Below are positions 1 through 12,200 of a DNA stretch of 64,000 bases, one piece after another (position 1 is the stretch's first letter; every line of letters begins with the position of its first letter). The stretch comes from Antechinus flavipes. Its lineage: Eukaryota. Location: contig NC_067403.1 of the NCBI RefSeq assembly GCF_016432865.1, forward strand, positions 241,180,001-241,244,000, in the 5' to 3' direction. A program made the position numbers and the translations under genes. The notes under the pieces were generated by a model. It did not search any database. It was not told where the DNA came from and saw only the letters and a list, made by a program, of their open reading frames with translations.

Positions 1-394
1 AACATTCGGGCTTTATCGCCAATATTTTTCAAGATATTGCCGCCCCCCAACCCCCCTAGCCTGATGGTCTTTAAATAAACTCTGCAACTCCTAAGCCAAG
101 AAGCTTCACGGCTTCCTTTTTCGGGCAGGGGCTTGGGTAGGAATCTTTTCGACAGGCTCTTGTCTCAGGTTCCCAGTCTCATCATGTCATACTGTGGACT
201 CCGGCCAAAGGAAGGCGGTGGAAAGGGGAGTGGGAGGAGAGACTACAAAAGAACCAAGAGCTGAGTTTTCACAAAGCCCCCTAACATGCAAATCATCCAC
301 CAGTACATCTATGATTAAACAACGTATTTCTGCCCCCGTGCCATTTTTATTGTCCTTCTGACATGTGAAAATCAAACTGCAGAGAATCTCCCAT

Positions 395-490
395 CATATA
401 TATATATATATATGTATATGTATATACATATATATATATATACACATATATATACACTATACATATATACATAATGCACATATACATACA
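395..490. repeat. (TA)n/(TACA)n microsatellite
   Basis: Read directly. Confidence 0.95.
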
Positions 491-2112
491 CACCCATATT
501 TAGTTAATCTAACCAGGACAGTCCGTATCACTAGGCAACAAGGACTCTGCCAAAAGAGTTTTCTGGCATCCTTTGGCATCTTCTGGCATCCTACAGTATT
601 TCAAGAATAGCTAGCTAGCTTAATGTGCACGGAGGCTCATTTCCCACACTCAGCTGTGTGTTTGAAAGTTCCAAAGCTCTCTAAAATTATAGCTCTATGT
701 ATAGACTCGAGAATAGGAACTTCTTGAGGACAGGAATCAATACAGCCTATTTGTGATGAATGCTCCACAGTGCACAGCAGAGCCATATTTAATCATTTAC
801 AGATGATAACCAGGAATCAGGAAACAGAGAGCGTGGAGCCAGAGACTACTCGATTTCAATTCACTGCAAACCCTGACAGAAATGCTCCAGGCAGTCATTT
901 GCAAACCACTGAATGCCATGACTTTGTGTACACACACTGGAAGATGAATTTATGGGTAGATTTGCAGACTCAGCAAAGAGCATCGTGGGTCAATAGGCAG
1001 CTTGAGAAAAACTGGAATTATGTATCAGCATGCAGCAGGAAAATGATCTCCCTTTTTTTAAAAAAAAATTAAATTTTATTATCAATATATATATGGATAA
1101 TGTTCGACATTCATAGGAAAAAGATCTCCAGCGGTCGAAACTCTTTGCTGGTCAGCTCAAGGCAGAAAGCAAACCCAGGGTTCTGCTGATTCTGCAGAAT
1201 TCCAGAGAAATTACAGCTGGAAGGGTGTAGGATCACGCGGGGTAACCCCCTCATCTTACAGATGAGATTTGTCCTGGATTCCATCTCTGGTCAACGGCAG
1301 AAACGGGACCGAGGTTTTTGGCTTGGGGTTGTTTGTGTGTTTGGGTCACTGTCCCTACCAAATTTCCCAACCAGAAAGTGTATTTTGTCATCATCTGACA
1401 GAGCCCCAGTCACGATGTCCCACTGGACTCATGGCCTGTGAGCACGAGAGCCTCATCTGCCCTTATCAGCAGCTTCTGTATGAATTGCTTTTATGATACT
1501 CTCATTCTATCCAAAGGCGGCCGGAAACACCAAGAACGGGGCAGTCACACCTCGGCTTTACACACAGCAGTATCAGCTTCGTTCCCCGAGAACCCTGGAC
1601 TCCTTTTGTCCGGGAGACGGCCTGTGTGGAAACCCGCCAGGCAGCGGGGTCAGCAGGGAGAGCTCCAGGGAAGTCCGGATCCTGATTGTCATCGGCATTC
1701 TCTGGGCCCCTTCCTCCTCCCAGGAATGCCCTTATCAGAAGAATCTTTGCACAGGGGTGACTAAATCGGCCCTTATCTGTGTGAGGATGCCTTCCATAGC
1801 ACGGGAGCCTTCAGCCTTCTCCAGGACCTCCAGTGAGGGTACTGTTTCCTGAGGCTGCTGATTACACTTTTGGAGAACTTGATTGTTAGGTTTTTGCTTA
1901 TTTAACTTGTGACCCAGAAAACTCTGGGCTTCCAGGGGCCAGATTTGGTTTGATCTTGCTCATATTTTCCCCACATCATATTTCCTTGGAGAAATGTGAC
2001 TCCTAGAGGGAGTGTATATGGCACTGGGGATAGAAAATCTGATGAAAGAATTGACTGTGGCTTCTGACTCTAGCTGTGTGAGTTTGAGCTAGTCATTTAT
2101 ACTTTTTGCTTA

Positions 2113-2239
2113 TAGATATAGATACACACACACACATATATAAAATATACATAGTACAATATATAGATATATATACAATAATACAAATAGACTGGATGTC
2201 TTTGGGGGCCACGGGGTCCTAAATCCTAAACAAGTACTT

Positions 2240-2298
<59 letters not shown>

Positions 2299-2372
2299 AT
2301 ATATATATAAACCTTGTATAAATACACACAGAGATATACACAGATACACGTACATACATATGTGTATACACA
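2113..2372. repeat. (TA)n and TACA-rich simple repeat
   Basis: Read directly; pure (TA)n at about 2244-2290. Confidence 0.95.
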
Positions 2373-2979
2373 TGTTTCAATATGAGAGGAACAAGGGCAA
2401 GGAACTACAGCTAGGCCCTAAGAAAGCCATGGATTTGGACATCTCTGTTAATTCTGCTAGCTTGATGAGTTATTACTTCTGGACAAAGGCAGTTAAGGTT
2501 ATTTGACGCCCATGAACCGGGAATGAAGCTGACACTGCTGTGTTGCAAGGCTAATGACTGAGGTGTGACTCTGCCTCATTATTAGTGTTTCGGTGCTGCC
2601 TTTGGCTACCAAATAAAATGTGTCTTTGTGTCTAAGTATGTATGTATATAAACATGTATGGACTTACAGAACTTACTTAACCCATCAAAAATGCAGGAAA
2701 CACTTAAACCCAGATAGCCCATTAGCAACAAATATAACTCTCTCTCTCTCCTGCCCCTCACACTTATGGCCACCCTGTTATTTGGACTTTCTCACTGAAT
2801 TTGAGATTGCCAATGGGAACAGACCCCTGACTTATGGGGACTCCCCTTTTCCAGAAATAAAGTCAATCCCCAGACTGATAGTGCCACCCTGTGGTATAGA
2901 TTCCTTTAGAAGAGAAACAAACTTGGGGTTGCTGAACTAGGAACCCACCATTCCAATGAGTCCCTCTTTCACTCTATAG

Positions 2980-3175
2980 CAGGAGTTCTTAACCTGGAAT
3001 CTGTGAAATTTAAAAGAAATATAGTTTGATGACTAAATTTCATTGTAGCTCGTTTACTTCATAATCACATACATTTCATTTTATGCATTTAAAAATTTGT
3101 TGAGAAGGGGTTCATAGGCTGCACTGGATTGGCTGTCAAAATGGTCTATGACCCTCAAACTGTTAAGAACCTCAA
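2980..3175. mobile_element. hAT-type non-autonomous DNA transposon remnant
   Basis: CAGGAGTTCTTAACCT ... GTTAAGAACCTC termini. A similar element lies at about 48671-48868. Confidence 0.6.
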
Positions 3176-3199
3176 AGGAAGTTAGGGTGAGAATGATTT

Positions 3200-4430
3200 C
3201 TTTCTGATGGAATTATATTGGTTCTTTCCCTTTTCTTCCTTTGCTAGAAGCCCACTGATTAATCCTTTAAGTAATATGCTCTAGAATTTTGCCAAGAATT
3301 GAAGTCAAATTTTCAGGCTCCATTCTCTTGTTTTTTTTGAAAATTGGGCCATTTGTCTGTTTCCAGTCTGGTGATATCTCAAATGTTCTTCAAGATCTTT
3401 CAAAGATCTCCCATTTGCAGCCCATTCAGTCACCAAGAACGCCCTTAACCTGGTCTGGGAAACTTGAGCTAACTCACTGAAAGCAACTAGGTACTCTATA
3501 GCTACCCCTGCCTATCTAGGGGATCCACTCCCATTAGCTATTTTTACTCTGTCCTTTCCAGGCCAAAGATCATTCAAGGAACAGGTGCAGTCGAGCCTTT
3601 TTTTTGGTCTTCAGCTAGTGAACAGTGTGTTACTTCTTTGATCCTCCTTCCTTCAAGATGGTACATTTTAAAACCTTTTTATTTTGTGTTTCTCTTGCAT
3701 CAGCCGCCTTAGCTCATTCTGAATTTTAGCACTCCTGACACTTATTCTTATCCGACTATGCCATCCTTTGGAATTTATCACGGCACTTGTTCTTGCTAGA
3801 ATCTTTTGTACGTGTCTTTAGGAAAAAATCTAGGTTGATCTGTGAATTTCCTGTGCAACCATATTACTCTTTGGATACTCCCCTTTCTCTCCTCCTCAAA
3901 ACTGTTTCTTTTTGTCTTTTCAAGAGCATTCCACCTCCTTCCCTCCCCCTCCCCCCACTGACTTCCTTGGAAGAATGATAGGATGTGAATCCTACTAGCC
4001 TCCTTCTGAACTGATATGCGTCCTCCCCCAAATCTAGTATATAGACCATACTATAGCAGGCCTTTTTTCTGAATCCTAACTTTCAAGATGAAGTGGTTGA
4101 CCTCCCCTTCAAGGTTCATTAGTCCCACCTCAGCAAAAGTTTCTCCTTTTGGGGAGAATCAGATCTAGAAGTTCTGCTCATTGATTCTTCTATCTTTTGA
4201 AGGATGACAGTATTGTTAAGGAAAGTTAATCAATTACGAGCTCCTCTGTCTTGATCCGAGAGAGCCCTCTATCAGCTGTCCAGATAATTGAAGTCTCCCA
4301 TCACTATTCCATCATGTGACCATGATCACTTTCCCAAACTCTTCACCTAGTTCCTTGTTCAATCTAGGCAGTCTGGAATACACCCTAGACATTATTGATT
4401 ATAATTTGACATTGATTTCAATTCTGCTTG
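3200..4430 (-). mobile_element. Degraded CR1/L3 LINE ORF2 fragment
   Basis: The minus strand encodes IVMGDFNY (endonuclease motif, about 4280-4306) and PIFKK (about 3330-3350), with many stops. Confidence 0.7.
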
Positions 4431-4487
4431 ATTTTTATCCAAAAATTGACCACAATGGTTCCTAGATTTTTTTCATAAATATACATT

Positions 4488-4771
4488 CTTTTTTTTTTTT
4501 TAAATAATTTTTTTATTGATAGAACCCATGCCAGGGTAATTTTTTACAGCATTATCCCTTGCACTCACTTCTGCTCCAATTTTTCCCCTCCTTCCCTCCA
4601 CCCCCTCCCCCAGATGGCAAGCAATCCTTTACATGTTGAATAGGTTACAGTATATCCTAGTTACAATATATGTGTGCAGAACCAAACCGTTTTCTTGTTG
4701 CACAGGAAGAATTGAATTCAGAAGATACAAATAACCCGGAAGAAAAACAAAAATGCAAGTAGTTTATAATG
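4488..4771 (-). mobile_element. 5'-truncated young L1 3' end (dasyurid type) with TSD
   Basis: Poly-T at 4489-4501; TSD AATATACATT at 4478-4487 and 4772-4781. A related copy lies at 54773-55065. Confidence 0.75.
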
Positions 4772-4934
4772 AATATACATTTTTAATAAACAATGCTATT
4801 CCAATAGTTTCCCCGCTTCCCATTATGTAGTTTCTCTCTTTTGAATAAGAAATTTCTTTCCACAACCATATTTGTGTCAGTTAGGAGGTTCATCCCACCA
4901 AGTCTCAGTGAAATAAATGAGATCATGATTTTTC

Positions 4935-5135
4935 TTGTGCAGCAAGATTATTGTATAAATATATTGAATTTAACATATATTTTAACATGTTTAACATATT
5001 TTGGATTACTTGCCTTCTTGGGGTGGGGGAAAGGGAGAATTTTTTTTAAATTTGGAACACAAGGTTTTGTAAGAGTCAATGTTGAAAAATTATCCATGGA
5101 TATGTTTTGAAAATAAAAAGCTTTATTAAAAAATT
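4935..5135 (+). mobile_element. Older marsupial L1 3' end fragment
   Basis: Ends AATAAAAAGCTTTATTAAAAA; same family as the reverse-oriented copies at 5340-5760, 36625-36815 and 52580-52770. Confidence 0.6.
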
Positions 5136-5339
5136 GAAATGAGATCAGATTTGCTATCTCTTAGCATTAGTATCTGTGTTTTGTACATGTGTATGTCGTC
5201 ATCTCAGGCCATGGGTTTTCCCCATTTCTGGGATTCATCTCCTATGAATTTCTGGGGACTTCTGCTATTTTCCCCTTTACATAATAGCTATTCTTTATCT
5301 AGATTGCACACAGTTGTTTGAGATTTTTTCCCTTCACTT

Positions 5340-5760
5340 TTTAATTTTTTAACTTTTAAAAAATTTTAAATGTTTTTATTTTCAAAATCTATGTAAAGGT
5401 AGTTTTCAACATTCACCCTTGCAAACTCTTGTGCTTCAAATTTTTTCTCTTTCTTTCCACCCCTCTCCTCAGAAAGCAAGTAATTCAATTTGTTAAATAT
5501 GTGCAATTCTCCTATACATATTTCCACAAATATCATGCTGCACAAGAAAAATCAGATCAAAAAGGAAAAAAAATGAGAAAGAAAAAGCAAGCAAACAAAA
5601 ACAAAAGGTGAAAATACTATATTGAGATCCACAATCATTCCCCAGTCCTCCCTCTGGATGCAGATGGCTCCTTCCATCACAAGTCTATTGGAACTGGTCT
5701 GAATCACCTCCTTATTGAAAAGAGTCACGTATCATCGTATAATCTTATTGTTGCTCTCCT
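5340..5760 (-). mobile_element. Older marsupial L1 3' end fragment
   Basis: T-rich start followed by the characteristic 3'UTR, shared with other copies in the window. Confidence 0.6.
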
Positions 5761-6543
5761 GGTTCTGCAGAACAAGACTTTGTAGTGGTCAACAACTCCT
5801 GGATTCCTTCTGGAATCGTGCCCCCTTGAATCAGCAGGCAGGAATCCTTCCTCAGTCACTGCTTTCATTCTCTGATCATTCCTGAATTGCCCCATCTACA
5901 TATCCAGTCCTGGTCTCTCTCCTGAGTTATAGTTCTGCATCACTAACTGCCTTTTGGGTTTCTTCATTTGCTGGCAATCAGGGTTAAATGACTTCCTTAA
6001 GATCACACAGTTGTTAAATGTTTCAAATTGAATATCTCAAATTCAACATGTCCAAAACATAATTTAACTTTCTCCTCAAATTCTCCTCTCTTTCTAAACT
6101 ACCCAGAATTATTGAGAATATCATTTTCACGGTCATCAAGACTTTAAAAGTTGTCATCCTTGACTGCTTGCTTCGGCTTAGCCTACGATCCAATCCACTG
6201 CCAAATCCTGCCATGTTTAGTTCATTTATCACCTCTTGCTTGGACTATGGCAATAACCTTCTTTTTAGTCTTCCAACCTCAAGTCTCTTCCTAATTTAAT
6301 CTTTCCACTGTTCAGCTGTTAAAAGTAATTTTTCTTCTTATTTTTGAAATTTGATTAAAATTTATTTTTAGCAAAGAAAATGCTGTTTAAATATATTAAA
6401 GACAGTAAAAGCAAAAACAAAAACAATTTTTCATTTATAATAAGAATGAAGTGATACTAGTATGTTTTGGTTAAATCCTTCCCCTTCCCATCTCTCAAAA
6501 TTTAGGAACAAAAAGATGGTATATAATCAAAATATTGGGGACG

Positions 6544-6625
6544 GTGTTCTTTAAGGAATTAAATATTTTCAAATTATAAGTAGAACAGTGTTCTTTAAGG
6601 AGTTAAATATTTTCAAATTATAAGT
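6544..6625. repeat. 44-bp tandem duplication
   Basis: GTGTTCTTTAAGGA(A/G)TTAAATATTTTCAAATTATAAGT at 6544 and 6588. Confidence 0.9.
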
Positions 6626-7779
6626 CCTTTATCATATAGGTTTTAGTACTCATGAAATTATTTATACATATATACCCACATATGTATTCAATAATACATT
6701 GCTTATATACATTTACTTATTAAACACACATGAGGACATATAAATATATACATACATATATATATTCATTCATGTAGAATACACACATATATGACTGGGC
6801 AATGCTACCAAAAACATGAAAGGGGCTGTCATGATACATTAATAAAACAATTTAATAAGTGAAAATTTCAGGTTATCAGATTATTTCACCTATGCACAAT
6901 AAAAAGATTGTTTTTTTATTTACATACTAACTGGGTTAAAGTGTTTTTTACTTATTTTCTTTTTTAATTTTTGTTGAAACTTTATTTTCAGAACATATGC
7001 CAGGATCATGTTTAAAGTTATTTTTCTAAAGTGTAGATTGGACCACTTCAAATTGGACCTTCTCCAACCCACCACCCACTAACAAAGAGCTGCAAACACT
7101 TCCTGTTACCCTTAGGATCAAATACATGAAAGGCTCCCTCAGCACATTAGCTTTGACTACAAAATGATTATTTGTGGAATTGATTTTGCTTTTTCCCACC
7201 TGTAGCTCTTTCAGGTTCTGTATTTCTATCCCTGCCAGCGCTGGGCACAGAGAAGGTGCCAAGCCAACCCAGAGGACCCAAAGGTGGCGCATACTGGGGC
7301 ATTGAGGAGCTCGGCTCCATTTGGAAATCTCTCTCCCACTGACTGACATTTGTAGGGGCTCTCTAGCAGCCTCTGGGGAGACTTGTGCCTAACATCACCC
7401 TGCTCCCCAGCCACCCCCAGAAAAGCCTCCACAATATTGAGAGGAGCCTCTGGGGGGAGTTTGGGCGGCCCAAGAACGGAACAGGCTGAGAAGCATTCTC
7501 CCTCGGAGCGCACTCGCAGGCCCAGCAGGGCTGGAGAAGGCTGCAGGGAAGCTTTATGGCGTATTGATTATCTTTGACCCTCTAACTCTTGTTCGCACAG
7601 ACTTATTTTCAAGTTGTCTCCCTCGTGTAGCTGGAGAGCGAGGGGGTGGGGAGTGTTGTGTGTGTGTGTGTGGGGGGGGGGGGGGGTCCTGACCTGCAAG
7701 GTCGGGCCAGCTTTAAATTTACAGTCCTACGAGTCCCCGGCTCTCTCGGCCTCCCGAGCATTTATTAAGCACCTTCTGT

Positions 7780-9260
7780 GTGCTTAGTGCTGGCCGTAAA
7801 AAGACAAAAGGGAAACTAGCCTTCGAGGAGCAAAGATGTGGAGCTGGACAGGACCCAAACGGACGTCTGGTGCACGTGTCTCGATTTGCCCGGACCAGGG
7901 AAGCGCCTGGCCCAAGGTTTCCCAGGGAGAGTCAAGGACAGACTTTGGGTTTCTGTCTTCAGGAAGACTGTAAATTTTGGGGGGGAGGGGGACACGCGGA
8001 ACCCAGCAGAGGTCCCGGATGCAAGGAGCCTCGCCAGGCTTATGGGGGTGGGCTCTCCCCAGCGACCTCCCTCTCAGCCTGCCCGGACTCCCATCTCTCA
8101 GGACGGAGCCCAAGGCTACTGGCCAGAAGCTCCCACACTCAAGACCCCGAGGTTCCGACGTGTAACCGAAGTAGCTGCGGTGTACGCTGGGGAAAAGTGA
8201 GGAGTCCCGCCAGTGCTAGAGACCGAGGATCGCGGCCGCTGTTACTATGGTAACAGAGAGGCGCCTCTCCTTGAATCCGCCCTCCGCAGCAACGGCTGGA
8301 CGAATTGGCCAATCCTCAAACAGAAGAAGGATTTTTAACCAATTAGAAGCCTCAGAGCAGGAGTCGGTGTTCTGATTGGCTTCTGATGTTGTTGTCTTCC
8401 TTAGGCCTGGCAAAGGGCGCGGTTGAAGCGGCTTCAGAACGCCAACGAAACGCGTCGACGACCATCTTGATTCCTGGCCTAGATGGGTGGCTGAGCGCGC
8501 AATGCGCAAGCGCCATCCGCGGTTGTTTTTATCCCAATCCCACCCCTAGGCATTCGCCTTTTCCGGCTCGCCGGCTTTTTTTTTTTTTCCCCCGGAAAGG
8601 GCTGGGCCTCCGGAGGAAGGGGGCGGAACCAAGGGCGGAAGCTAGTTCGAGCGCGGCGCGTGTGAATCGGGTTGCTGTCGAGTGGCCGGCGCTGAGGGCT
8701 GTCCTCGGAGCCTGGTCCGGCCCGGCCTATACCCGCTGCTCAGGGCCCCTCTCGCCCTCCGAGCTTTGGCAGGATGGCCCCCAAGCGTCCGGCGGGCCTC
8801 GGCAAGAGGAGCGCCCCAGCCCCGGAGCCTCCCACGGCCAAGAGGCGGTGTGTGCGGACCACCGGCCGCAGAGGCCGGCCGCCAGCCCGGGGTATCGCAG
8901 ACCTTCCTTCCCTGCCCAGCCCCGGGGCCGACCCCAACTCGTGTTGGGGGAAGGGATCTGGAAGGGCGGGAGGCTGGGAGGCCCTGGGCGCTGCCTCCGG
9001 GCAGTCCCTACCTGCCCTCAGGGTGCTTCCCGTCTATCGGGCGGGGGAGGCCGTGCACCACGTGGGCCTCGGAGTAGATGGCCGACCACCCGGGAGAGAA
9101 GCCGCGGTTTGGGGGCGGACTTCCTGCCCCCGGGGGTACCGTGGGGCATCCCAAAGTCCCGGCCGTCTCCCGTCAGTCCCCCTCGTCCTATAGATGGAGC
9201 TGCGCTCCGGACGAGGGCAGCGTTCAGTCTGGGGATTCCGGGAGGCCCCCCAAAGCGGCA
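7780..9260. promoter_or_regulatory. CpG island, DDB2 promoter (possibly bidirectional)
   Basis: Dense CpG. CCAAT/ATTGG boxes at 8304-8313, 8339-8343 and 8375-8379; GC boxes at about 8620-8638; RFX X-box at 8241-8254. Confidence 0.85.
8774..8891 (+). CDS. DDB2: DDB2 coding exon 1 (MAPKRPAG...PPAR)
   Basis: ATG in a CpG island, MAPK start, basic N-terminus. Donor GTATCG at 8892 is weak but is the only nearby phase-1 GT I found that fits exon 2. Confidence 0.75.
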
Positions 9261-12200
9261 GGAAGGCCAAACTGCCCATCCTACTTAGATAAATGTAACA
9301 CACCCACAAAACCTATAGGGAAGGAATCCTTTTTTTTTTAATTTTTTTTTAACGAATTTTAAAGGATCTTGCGACCAAAAATCTAGAAAGTTTTTGTGAG
9401 AGAATACGTACATTCTCAGGAATGAGGGAACACCTTGCAAAGCCAAAAGGAGACAGTATTATTTGTGAACTCACATTGGGCTAGAACAGGGCTTCTTAAA
9501 CTTCCGTTCACGACCCCTTTTTGCCTGAGAAATTTTTACTTGATCCTGAGTCTATGTAAAATAGGCCTACAAATCAAACATTTACTGATTATAAATCACA
9601 ATTTGGTGACTTCTACTTTCAGTTAGGAGACTCCCCCTCCCCCAACATGGGATTGAGAACCACAGTTTAAGAAGCTCTGGGCTAGAGTAGAGTGGGGAAA
9701 GGGGAGTAGTGCCATGAGTTTAGAAAGATAAGTTGCAATGACTTGATAGAAATATTTTCTATGACTGCACATGTATAACCAATAACAGATTGCTTATTGA
9801 TTTAGGAAGGGAGGGAGAGGGATTCAGAGCTCAATTTAAAAAAAAAAATCATGTTAAAAATTGTTTTTACATGTAATTGAAAAAAATATATTAAATAGAA
9901 AAAAAGAAACAGATTAGAGCCAGGTTGTGAAGGACTGGAAAAATTTGTATTATGTCTTGAAGAGCCAGTAGGGGAGTCTTGAATATTACTGAGGAAAGAG
10001 TGACATGGTCAGACCTGTGCATTAGGAAGGTTATTTTAGTTTAAATGTATAGAACAGGATGGATGAGAGAAAGGGACTGGGTTCAGAGATAACAGGAGGC
10101 TATTGTAGTAATAGTTTTGTGTGGAGGGAAACAGGTGCCAGAGATGATCTATGTGTACAGTAGGCTAAACTTTGCACCTGCTGAGGGACCAAATCACAGA
10201 TGACTAAGGGTGAGTCAGTCATCGGTGGGTGAAAGAAAAGCTGGGACCTCAAAAGAAATGAGGAAGTTTGGAGGAAGTCAAGCATTTATTAAGTTTTTTT
10301 TGAGTTGAGGAGGGATATAATTCTAAGCATGAAAAGACAGAATGTGTAGAGGGGAAGAAAATATAAGATGTAAAAGAGAAGGAATTTACTTATTTTCCTG
10401 CAAGGACTGCTTTTTTACTCTTCTTCCATAGACACACATCCCCACTTATCTTTCCCTTGACCCTGCTGTTCCTTCAAGTTATCAGCTCATATCTTTATTT
10501 TTCTCTGTAAAGTAGGAGGGCAAGGTCCTCTGGAGGTAGAGGGAGATGGTTTGTAACATTTAGTATAGATAGGGATGCAATGGGAAGAATGGGCTTCCCT
10601 GAAGCACTGAGGCCCCAGATGTGATTAGAAAGCAAGTTTTAGCTCACCCAGCCAGTGTAGTTGTGTGATTTCCAAGGGTGTTTGTTCAGCCTATGAGTAG
10701 GAGTAGAGAATGCAAATAGTGGGAGCAGCAAGAGGACAAGAGGGAGAAGGGCTAAGGGGCTGGAGGGGGCTAGAGCTGGGTGGAGTGACTGGAAGTCAGC
10801 ATCAAGATGGAGAGGTGTAGTGGAGAGGCAGAGATGAAAAGGCACACTGCCATCCAAGGGGAATTGGGGCATTGTGTATTGTGGCCATGACCTGCTGTGT
10901 GGTTGAGCACAAAGGGGTGAGCATGGGGAGTTCGGGTTGATCCCTGATAAGTATGAGGGCAAGGGGGGGAGGGGAGAAGAGGACATCTGTGAGCTGATTC
11001 CTGAACTCAAGATTTTACCAGAGCCTAGGTGGAGAAGAAGTGTTGCTGAGTGGGGAGTGGGGGGGATGACTGAGCCAGAAAGGGGCCTCCAGGAGAGGAG
11101 GGAGTTGGGAGAACTGGAGGAGGCCTTATGGGGGTCTTGTGGGAGAGCTGAGATGTCACAATATGTCAAAATGAAAGCAAGTGACGGGGCTGGGACAGCA
11201 AGGCGGAGCAGACCGAGAACCACATGGGGTAGGGTGAGGTCAGTGAGGACCGGAAGGGAGGGAATGGGAAACAGCTGGAATGATACAAGGAGGGGGCCTG
11301 TGAGAAATGGAAGACAACTTAGAACATCAGAGCAGGAGAATAGCTTAGAGGTCATTTAGGCCAACTAGGCCCAAGAAGGGGTCAGCTGGACCTTGAGCAC
11401 AGCTGCAGTTCCAATCCTGAGCCTCGAATGTCCGGTCTGGAGCTCTTGCCGTGGTCCTAGGGAAAGCTTCTTCCAGAAACCAGCTTGGGAACATGCATTT
11501 TGGGTGGTGGTGGGGGAGCCTGTGCTTCTAGCAGTTCTTTTCAACCTTCTCTTCTAGGCCTGGTCTTGGCTGAACCAAGAGGCGGGTTACATTCCCTTTC
11601 AAAAAGCTCCTGGGCATTTCCCGATACCATGTTGTGCCAGGAATTTTATTCTGTTGAATACTGGTAGAAGCAAATGGGTTATTGGCCATGGCTTAGCGTT
11701 CTTCATTAAGAGCCCTTTGATTTCATGGAATTTTGATGCAATTCCTTAGGACCTCTAGGAAGGATGATGACTGATAGGTTTTCCTGTTCTGCCTGAATAT
11801 CAGTTATTCCCTATCATTTTCAGATGGCTCGCTGGGATTTAGAACTGGCGAATTCCTAGCCATTTGCTTCCAGATCACTATTCAACCTGACAAGAATTAA
11901 GCATTTATTATATGTAAGACACTTCCTATGTCTTATGGAACTATGACTATGGTGGCCTTGGAGCTTATGGCAGTGTTTAGAACCATCCCAGTGGCACATT
12001 ACAGTGGACTTGGCTCCCTGGAGTAACTCCCAAGCTGCTGATAGCTGCCAAAATTTCGATGGTGATTTGTGGCCATGATGACCTTTGGGTCAGATTGATC
12101 TTTTGGAATGGAAAGCACTAAAACTAACAAACATTTCCCTCAGGGTCTAACTTCCAGGCATCTGTGCTTAGAAATAAGCCACTTGGTGTGGAGGGGGGGG

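Noticed and set aside
8386-9288. 300-aa and other ORFs across the DDB2 promoter
   Set aside because: GC-rich artefacts; only 8774-8891 fits the DDB2 splice phase.
10639-11355. 238-aa minus-strand ORF
   Set aside because: Low-complexity Ser/Pro/Leu sequence from a decayed L2-like, purine-skewed region.
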